Virus record (IMG/VR): IMGVR_UViG_3300021963_000030
Length of the DNA: 64,000 bases
Direction: 5' to 3' (one strand)
Source: a virus
The notes under the pieces are model-generated. The model did no database searches and was not told the DNA's origin. It was given only the letters and a program-made list of their open reading frames with translations. The position numbers and the translations under genes were made by a program. Positions 1 through 5,049 of this stretch are shown piece after piece; position 1 is the stretch's first letter, and every line of letters starts with the position of its first letter.

Positions 1-7
1 CCGACCA
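1..7 (+). tRNA. 3' end fragment of an upstream tRNA gene (window edge)
   Basis: CCG-A-CCA followed by an AT-rich spacer, the same pattern that ends every tRNA in the array. Confidence 0.5.
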
Positions 8-17
8 AATTTATAAT

Positions 18-95
18 GGCTACGTAGACCAATTGGGAGGAGTCGTCTATCTCAAAAATAGAATAGTGCTGGTTCGAATCCAGTCGTAGCTACCA
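18..95 (+). tRNA. tRNA-Leu(CAA), short variable loop
   Basis: Acceptor GGCTACG/CGTAGCT, anticodon arm TCTAT-CTCAAAA-ATAGA, T-loop TTCGAAT, A73, encoded CCA. Confidence 0.9.
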
Positions 96-103
96 ATTTT
101 AAC

Positions 104-188
104 GGGTGTGTGGATGAGGGAAACTGGAACAACCGCAATACTTAAAATATTGTATCCTCTGTAAGTTCGAATCTTACCACACCTACCA
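104..188 (+). tRNA. tRNA-Leu(TAA), long D-loop, no paired variable arm
   Basis: Acceptor GGGTGTG/CACACCT, anticodon arm CAATA-CTTAAAA-TATTG, T-arm GTAAG-TTCGAAT-CTTAC, CCA. Confidence 0.9.
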
Positions 189-194
189 ATTTAT

Positions 195-272
195 GGGCTG
201 GCATGTTCTAAGGCTAAGCGAGACTGATTTGCAATCAATCTGATGTGAGTTCGATTCTCACCTGGTCCACCA
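195..272 (+). tRNA. tRNA-Ala(TGC) copy 1
   Basis: Anticodon loop TT-TGC-AA, G3:U70 alanine identity pair in GGGCTGG/CTGGTCC, T-loop TTCGATT, A-CCA. Confidence 0.85.
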
Positions 273-281
273 ATTTCAAAA

Positions 282-346
282 GTGACTATAAAATCATATT
301 CGGTCGTATGATCATTGAGTGTAATTGACCTTTCGGGTGTAGTCAC
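282..346 (+). ncRNA. Candidate small cloverleaf-like structured RNA or tRNA remnant
   Basis: 9-bp closing stem GTGACTATA/TGTAGTCAC, inner hairpins ATCATA/TATGAT and ACC-TTTCG-GGT; no CCA and no clear anticodon loop. Confidence 0.4.
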
Positions 347-364
347 ACATACCCAGATTTTTAT

Positions 365-452
365 GGAAGTAGTCCGGTTGGTCGAGGAAAGCGTCTTGAA
401 AACGCCTGGGGCCTAAAAACCCTCGCAGGTTCGACTCCTGCTGCTTCCGCCA
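365..452 (+). tRNA. tRNA-Ser(TGA)
   Basis: Acceptor GGAAGTA/TGCTTCC, G73, loop CT-TGA-AA, long variable arm, T-loop TTCGACT, CCA. Confidence 0.95.
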
Positions 453-458
453 TTTTTT

Positions 459-551
459 GGAAGGTAGACGAATAGTTAGGTAGTCGTAGCAGTTTGCTAA
501 ACTGCCGGGGCCTAAAAACCCCTGAGGGGGCAGCACCCTCACCTTCCGCCA
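459..551 (+). tRNA. tRNA-Ser(GCT) with non-canonical T-loop GGCAGCA
   Basis: Anticodon arm GCAGT-TTGCTAA-ACTGC, long variable arm, T-stem GAGGG/CCCTC, G-CCA. Confidence 0.9.
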
Positions 552-557
552 CTTTAT

Positions 558-632
558 GGGCTCTTGGTGCTAGTGGTAACACGGCTGATTTGCATTCAGC
601 AGTCGCCAGTTCGACTCTGGCAGGGTCCACCA
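558..632 (+). tRNA. tRNA-Ala(TGC) copy 2
   Basis: Anticodon arm GCTGA-TTTGCAT-TCAGC, G3:U70, T-loop TTCGACT, A-CCA. Confidence 0.9.
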
Positions 633-642
633 ATTTAATGAC

Positions 643-716
643 GCGGGTGTGATGTAACGGTAGCCTACATCCTTGCCAAGGACGATGAGAGGGTTCGATT
701 CCCTCCACCCGCTCCA
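643..716 (+). tRNA. tRNA-Gly(GCC)
   Basis: Acceptor GCGGGTG/CACCCGC, U73, loop TT-GCC-AA, T-loop TTCGATT, CCA. Confidence 0.95.
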
Positions 717-731
717 ATTTAATAAAAATAT

Positions 732-854
732 ATGCCAAATAGAACATCGCATTATAGAAAGACGCATACTAGAAAAACAAAAAGTGGAAAAACCGTTAGG
801 GTTAATTCTACACAAGTAAAAGGTAGTTCAACAAAGCGTCGAAAGAAAAAGTAA
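732..854 (+). CDS. 40-aa highly basic peptide MPNRTSHYRKTHTRKTKSGKTVRVNSTQVKGSSTKRRKKK (not in the ORF track)
   Basis: ATG..TAA ORF that fills the spacer between tRNA-Gly and tRNA-Gln; similar to the peptide at 3769-3867. Confidence 0.7.
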   Translation: MPNRTSHYRKTHTRKTKSGKTVRVNSTQVKGSSTKRRKKK

Positions 855-863
855 GTTTTCAAC

Positions 864-937
864 TGGGGATTTGCATAATGGTAGTGCAGGAGACTTTGGA
901 TCTCTTAGTGAAGGTTCGATTCCTTCATCCCCTGCCA
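864..937 (+). tRNA. tRNA-Gln(TTG) copy 1, canonical elbow
   Basis: TGGGGAT/ATCCCCT, G73, loop CT-TTG-GA, D-loop AATGGTA, T-loop TTCGATT. Confidence 0.9.
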
Positions 938-944
938 ATTTTAT

Positions 945-1020
945 CGGGATGTAATGTCAAAAGTAGACGGCCTGTTTTGGAGACAGGAGGTTGAGATTGC
1001 AAAATTCTCCATCCCGACCA
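945..1020 (+). tRNA. tRNA-Pro(TGG) with A37 and non-canonical T-loop TGCAAAA
   Basis: Acceptor CGGGATG/CATCCCG, anticodon arm CCTGT-TTTGGAG-ACAGG, A-CCA. Confidence 0.9.
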
Positions 1021-1030
1021 TTTTATTAAC

Positions 1031-1105
1031 TGGGGATTGATTGTAATAGTAGCAAATCAGACTTTGAATCTGAGAGCATCGGAGCGTAACCGGTATCCCC
1101 TGCCA
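1031..1105 (+). tRNA. tRNA-Gln(TTG) copy 2 with non-canonical T-loop AGCGTAA
   Basis: TGGGGAT/ATCCCCT, anticodon arm TCAGA-CTTTGAA-TCTGA, T-stem ATCGG/CCGGT, G-CCA. Confidence 0.9.
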
Positions 1106-1108
1106 TTT

Positions 1109-1350
1109 TTTGACACAAGCGACTCTACGCTGGTGTAAATAACACTAGAGGAAGTTCGCTGCTGCACAGCAGATGATTGGGAGACTTAAACGTCGTTAAC
1201 ACCACAAATTAGCAGTAATCCTAAATAACCCGAGTGTAGTGCTGCACGTTGAAGGGTGAGGTTGGAGCAGTTGTTTTTAACGAACAACCAGTAGCAATAC
1301 TGAGAGAAATGTAGGGATAAAACAGAACAGCGGCTATGGCTGTGTCAAAA
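1109..1350 (+). ncRNA. rnpB: Compact RNase P RNA (phage-encoded)
   Basis: P1 TTTGACACA..TGTGTCAAA; P2 CTCTAC(1123-1128)/GTAGGG(1311-1316); P3 TGGTGT/ACACTA; CR-I GAGGAAGTTCGCTG pairs with CR-V ACAGAACAGCGGCT to form P4 with the bulged U; CR-IV-like AGAGAAAT; GCAA tetraloop hairpin. Confidence 0.85.
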
Positions 1351-1399
1351 CATCTTCTTAAAAAGAAAAATGTGACTACTTATTCTGTAGTAACATACT

Positions 1400-2116
1400 A
1401 TGAAATTAGCATATCAATACGACGAAGATTTCGTTCCGCTAAAAGATAACTTTTTAAAAAACATTCATGACGAATTTGAGTTTATAGAAAAAAAACTTGA
1501 AAAACCTAAATTTTCTCAGGGTGCTACACAATCAGACCAGTTTGGTGGTGGTATAGATTATTGGATTGGAAACACAAAATATCTATTGAACATAATAAAT
1601 TCATGTGAACCCAATGAATACTTTATGTTTTCCGACGTTGATATTGTATTTTTTAAACCAATATTGCCTACTATAAATAAACTAATTAGTGACAATAGTT
1701 ATGATGCTTTATTCTCCAGAGAGATTCCATATGGGGAAGTTCCATGGCAAGGTGGTGATGTTCCTGGAAATATCAACTTTGGTTTTTTTGTAATGAAGGC
1801 TTGTGATCGATCAAGAAGATTTTTGGAAGAGTTATTAATATCGATTGAAAAAAATAGAATACTAAATCAAGTTATAGTTAATAAGTTATTGTATGGTTCT
1901 CCTAAATATAATCTTAATTGGAATCTACTGCCGATAGAGTTTACCACTACAAATTTTTTTGGGCCCGTATTACCAACTGACTTTAATAAGGATCATGCTC
2001 TTGTTAATAAAAATTCTTTAACATTTCATGCAATCTATCCGATTGATCCGTATGAAAAAATGAAGTTATTGAAACTTGCAATTGATACTGTGAATAAAGA
2101 TGAAAATAGTAATTAA
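1400..2116 (+). CDS. Nucleotide-diphospho-sugar transferase (GT-A fold, GT77-like)
   Basis: FSDVDIVF DxD motif, INFGFFVMK strand and NQVIVN helix typical of this family. Confidence 0.7.
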   Translation: MKLAYQYDEDFVPLKDNFLKNIHDEFEFIEKKLEKPKFSQGATQSDQFGGGIDYWIGNTKYLLNIINSCEPNEYFMFSDVDIVFFKPILPTINKLISDNSYDALFSREIPYGEVPWQGGDVPGNINFGFFVMKACDRSRRFLEELLISIEKNRILNQVIVNKLLYGSPKYNLNWNLLPIEFTTTNFFGPVLPTDFNKDHALVNKNSLTFHAIYPIDPYEKMKLLKLAIDTVNKDENSN

Positions 2117-2807
2117 TTCAAATATAAGTTACAAATTACCATTAAAATTGCTTTTGGAGTCAATTTTAAAGTCTGATATTAAAAACATATCCGATGTTAT
2201 TGTAGTATTATCCGAGTCAGATCGAGAATCTACACCCGAATTAAAAGAAATAAATTCAATAACGGACATAGATTCATCAGAAAAAGTAGTAGTGATTGAG
2301 TCTGTCAGAAGAAATTATGATTATTGTGGGTTTGACGTATTATACAAATATTATGGTAATAAACTAATTGACTCAAATGAGTATTTGTATTTACACGATA
2401 CTTCCACGGTTGACTCTGATTTTTATAGTAAAATTACCAAGTTTGCAGACCTATCAGAAGATGTAATTATTTCGCCATTGAAGCAAAATTCAAATATTAT
2501 CATCTTTCAGAAGAACATCATCACAAAATACAAAGATAATTTTAGTGTTGATATGAACAAGTATCAAGCAACGTGGGCAGAAGTTTCCGATGGTGTTTTT
2601 GTAGATAATAAATGGGTGACAAATATTTTAAAATTCGGTGTTGTGAAATCTGTCGATGAACGTGTATTGACTGGAAATACGGATGTATACAATACGGGGT
2701 GTTATAGATCCATCTTATACTACAAAGATTTTGGTATAAGCAAGTATATATTCTGGAATAATGATGGTGATGTAAAAGGAAAATTAAGAGGGCCTACGTT
2801 ATCATAA
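2100..2807 (+). CDS. Glycosyltransferase-like protein
   Basis: GT-A-like N-terminus (KIVINSNISY), YLYLHDT motif; overlaps the upstream GT gene. Confidence 0.45.
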   Translation: MKIVINSNISYKLPLKLLLESILKSDIKNISDVIVVLSESDRESTPELKEINSITDIDSSEKVVVIESVRRNYDYCGFDVLYKYYGNKLIDSNEYLYLHDTSTVDSDFYSKITKFADLSEDVIISPLKQNSNIIIFQKNIITKYKDNFSVDMNKYQATWAEVSDGVFVDNKWVTNILKFGVVKSVDERVLTGNTDVYNTGCYRSILYYKDFGISKYIFWNNDGDVKGKLRGPTLS

Positions 2808-2810
2808 TCT

Positions 2811-2897
2811 TGTGGTGGTTTGGCCACAGCGTGAGGGACACGATACACCCCTGTATGTCTGACCCGGACGAATCTGATCCAGATAGGATAGGGTTGA
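2811..2897 (+). ncRNA. Candidate structured intergenic or leader RNA
   Basis: GC-richer than its flanks; hairpins TGTGGT/GCCACA, GGG/CCC, GTC/GAC and ATCTG/CAGAT. Confidence 0.3.
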
Positions 2898-2907
2898 ATT
2901 TAAAGTT

Positions 2908-3267
2908 ATGAATAATACAAATAGATTACATATTGTGCCCAAAGGATGGGGATTTGAAAAGTGGATTGTCAACAACGAAAAGTATTGCGGCAAGATTCTG
3001 TATCTTGTCAAAGACCGTAAGTGTAGTTGGCATTATCACAAGGTCAAAGATGAAACCTTTTATGTTCAAAGTGGTAAAATTGAATTACGTTATGGTAAAC
3101 ATGATGATATCAAAATGTCTACGTCTGTGATTTTAAACAAGGGTGACCATTTTCATATTCCAATTGGATTAAAGCATCAAATGTATGCTATTGAGGATAC
3201 TGAACTATTTGAGTTTAGCACCCAACATTTTGACGAAGATAGCATTCGTCTTGAAAAGGGAGATTAA
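2908..3267 (+). CDS. Cupin-fold sugar isomerase-like protein
   Basis: KGWGFEKWI..CSWHYHKVKDETFYV and HIPIGLKHQM cupin metal-binding motifs. Confidence 0.8.
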   Translation: MNNTNRLHIVPKGWGFEKWIVNNEKYCGKILYLVKDRKCSWHYHKVKDETFYVQSGKIELRYGKHDDIKMSTSVILNKGDHFHIPIGLKHQMYAIEDTELFEFSTQHFDEDSIRLEKGD

Positions 3268-3272
3268 AAATT

Positions 3273-3399
3273 TGATCATTGGTGTATAGAATTAACGCAC
3301 ACTACCTATTAGCTGGTAGAGGAGATGGAAGTTGACGGGTTAGACAGTAAGAGGAACGTTTCGTGAAATCCCCGTATATTCGCAAGTCATGGTCATCCA
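3273..3399 (+). ncRNA. 127-nt tRNA-like RNA with acceptor stem and CCA end but an expanded 3' half
   Basis: TGATCAT/ATGGTCA 7-bp stem followed by T-CCA, D-like arm GTGT/ACGC, CTACC/GGTAG arm, long insert closed by ACGGG/CCCGT. Confidence 0.55.
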
Positions 3400-3407
3400 A
3401 TTTGTAG

Positions 3408-3435
3408 TTGACAAAGTAAAAAAACGTGGTAAACT
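3408..3435 (+). promoter_or_regulatory. Sigma70-type promoter
   Basis: TTGACA-16 nt-TAAACT with TG upstream of the -10 box. Confidence 0.7.
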
Positions 3436-3441
3436 AGTGTT

Positions 3442-3669
3442 ATGAAAAAGATGATTGTGTCGTTGATTTTGATTGGCAACGTTCTAATTGCTAGTGAAGT
3501 TATCAAGGAAGTAAAGATCGAACCTATCACGGTTTACGTTGTCCGTAATGGTGATTCGGATCGATCAATTCATAAAGTTTTTTTGACAGAGAAGTCAGCT
3601 AAGAAGTATTGTGATACATACAAGGAAAGTCACAATTATGAATGTGAAGTTCTTGTGTTGACCGAATAA
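3442..3669 (+). CDS. Small protein with a signal-peptide-like N-terminus
   Basis: MKKMIVSLILIGNVLIA hydrophobic leader; directly downstream of a promoter. Confidence 0.7.
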   Translation: MKKMIVSLILIGNVLIASEVIKEVKIEPITVYVVRNGDSDRSIHKVFLTEKSAKKYCDTYKESHNYECEVLVLTE

Positions 3670-3682
3670 TACTTATTAGTGT

Positions 3683-3756
3683 GCGGGAGTGATGTAACGG
3701 TAGCCTGGGGCTCTTCCAAAGCCCACGAAAGGGTTCGATTCCCTTTTCCCGCTCCA
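3683..3756 (+). tRNA. tRNA-Gly(TCC)
   Basis: GCGGGAG/TTCCCGC, U73, anticodon arm GGGCT-CTTCCAA-AGCCC, T-loop TTCGATT, CCA. Confidence 0.95.
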
Positions 3757-3768
3757 CTTTTAAATATT

Positions 3769-3867
3769 ATGGCAACTAAAGGAATGAGACGACAACACTT
3801 ACGTAAAACCAAAAAAGGTTATTGCAATGTTAAAAGTTGTAGTGTAAAAAAGCGTAAGAAGAAGTAA
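3769..3867 (+). CDS. 32-aa highly basic peptide MATKGMRRQHLRKTKKGYCNVKSCSVKKRKKK
   Basis: ATG at 3769 after tRNA-Gly(TCC); the longer ORF-track call overlaps the tRNA; paralog of 732-854. Confidence 0.7.
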   Translation: MATKGMRRQHLRKTKKGYCNVKSCSVKKRKKK

Positions 3868-3873
3868 TTTAAT

Positions 3874-3945
3874 GGCTGGGGTTTCAGCAAACGACGAATC
3901 CTCATAAGGTTTGTTAAGTGGGGGCAGCACCCATACCAGCTACCA
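3874..3945 (+). tRNA. Atypical tRNA with CAT anticodon (Met or Ile2)
   Basis: Acceptor GGCTGG/CCAGCT, mini D-arm GTTT-CAGC-AAAC, 8-bp anticodon stem around CT-CAT-AA, T-loop GGCAGCA, A-CCA. Confidence 0.75.
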
Positions 3946-3968
3946 TTTTTTGTTCTTTAAAATTTAAT

Positions 3969-4353
3969 GGGCGTGTTCAGGTTTCGATTTAAGGATGCGT
4001 TCATGCTAGGCACGTAGAGGATGATAGTTGGCCTCTTTAAACGTCTATCAAAACATAACTGCTGAAGAAAACGTAGTTAGCTATGACTTCTCTTACGAGA
4101 ACACCGTAGCACTTGCAGCCTAATTAAAGGTCGCACATTTGATCAATGATTGTTCGATAGTTGATTGAATGTTATTATCGGACTATAATTGGAATGATTG
4201 ATTTGCTCATCCAATCTACCTACTTGTAAATCTTAAGAAACAAATTTTTGATGATTTAGATTTTGTTTCCTATCAAATACAAATCATACAAGCGTGTAGT
4301 CTGGTATGGATCACTTCTTAAAGACGCGAGTTCGATTCTCGCCACGTCCACCA
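3969..4353 (+). ncRNA. ssrA: tmRNA with tag peptide (A)AEENVVSYDFSYENTVALAA
   Basis: Acceptor GGGCGTG/CACGTCC with G3:U70, T-arm GCGAG-TTCGATT-CTCGC, ACCA end, resume context ATAACT-GCT at 4061, tag ORF ending ALAA-TAA at 4123. Confidence 0.95.
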
Positions 4354-4362
4354 TTTTTATTA

Positions 4363-4394
4363 AAAGACCCAAGCATAAACTTGGGTCTTTTTTT
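4363..4394. terminator. Intrinsic terminator after tmRNA, probably bidirectional
   Basis: AAGACCCAAG/CTTGGGTCTT hairpin with a T tract downstream and an A tract upstream. Confidence 0.85.
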
Positions 4395-4611
4395 ATGGTT
4401 CGAAGTCAATGTAGCTGTCAAACACAAGACAATGTTTGTTTGTAGGATCAATGTAACCTTCTTGTTCTAGGTATTTTATCATGTGTTCTCTACAATGATC
4501 GTCTTCATACAAATCACATTTTTCTGGGTGTCTTAAAACAACGAAGCGGTCATCCCATATGGTTATTTTGTGATTGTTGATTTCGATATCGTGAAAATTA
4601 ACCGTGTCCAT
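4393..4611 (-). CDS. Hypothetical protein, 72 aa
   Basis: ORF converging on the terminator; TACTTATA motif just upstream on the minus strand. Confidence 0.65.
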   Translation of the reverse strand: MDTVNFHDIEINNHKITIWDDRFVVLRHPEKCDLYEDDHCREHMIKYLEQEGYIDPTNKHCLVFDSYIDFEP

Positions 4612-4635
4612 ATCTATAAGTATATTTATAAACAG

Positions 4636-5049
4636 ATGAAATCCTACAGTTTGCTATACGAAGCTAGTATATATGATTATTTGGTTTGGGAGCCACAAGG
4701 CAAACTCAAACATATTGCCGATACACTTGATACCTATAATAGTTTTGGATCGGATGATTTGTTCAGAGGTATGTCCAAGAAGGAGTTGGATGTGTTACAA
4801 AAACACGGCAAAGTGACTTCCAAGGGTAAGGGTAACACACGTAACATCTACGGAAGTTATCTAGCGAGCGATTTTAAATTGAGTGCTAGATTTGCATTAG
4901 TAAACTATCGTGATAAAGGTGAGGGTGTAATAATTGTGGTAGATAAAAATAAGCTGCCAGACTTAAAAAGTGTTGATCCAGGCAATTTCGTTACTAGTTA
5001 TATACCGATAGAGGCAGTAAAACAAATTATAGATTTATCAAAGTTATGA
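4636..5049 (+). CDS. ADP-ribosyltransferase-fold protein, 137 aa (start revised to ATG 4636)
   Basis: LFRGMS..SYLASDFKLSARFA..GVIIVVD resembles the ART core strands; TATTTATA at 4623; N-terminus MKSYSLLYE. Confidence 0.5.
   Translation: MKSYSLLYEASIYDYLVWEPQGKLKHIADTLDTYNSFGSDDLFRGMSKKELDVLQKHGKVTSKGKGNTRNIYGSYLASDFKLSARFALVNYRDKGEGVIIVVDKNKLPDLKSVDPGNFVTSYIPIEAVKQIIDLSKL

Noticed and set aside
195-632. Reading the two TTTGCA-loop tRNAs as Cys(GCA)
   Set aside because: The 7-nt loop register places TGC at positions 34-36, and both have G3:U70 and A73, which indicate Ala
312-815. Minus-strand ORFs 312-542, 361-747 and 570-815
   Set aside because: They are the antisense reading of tRNA genes (RVEGIEPS-type translations are typical tRNA shadows)
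2811-2897. TPP riboswitch (CTGATCCAGATA resembles part of the consensus)
   Set aside because: The CTGAGA element and the P5/GCGTAGGG region are missing
3301-3319. Calling the 3273-3399 element an ochre (TTA) suppressor tRNA
   Set aside because: The loop is 8 nt without U33 in register and the T-arm is not canonical, so no anticodon can be assigned
3679-4445. ORF-track calls 3679-3867 (full length) and 4263-4445
   Set aside because: They overlap tRNA-Gly and tmRNA; only the ATG-3769 peptide is retained
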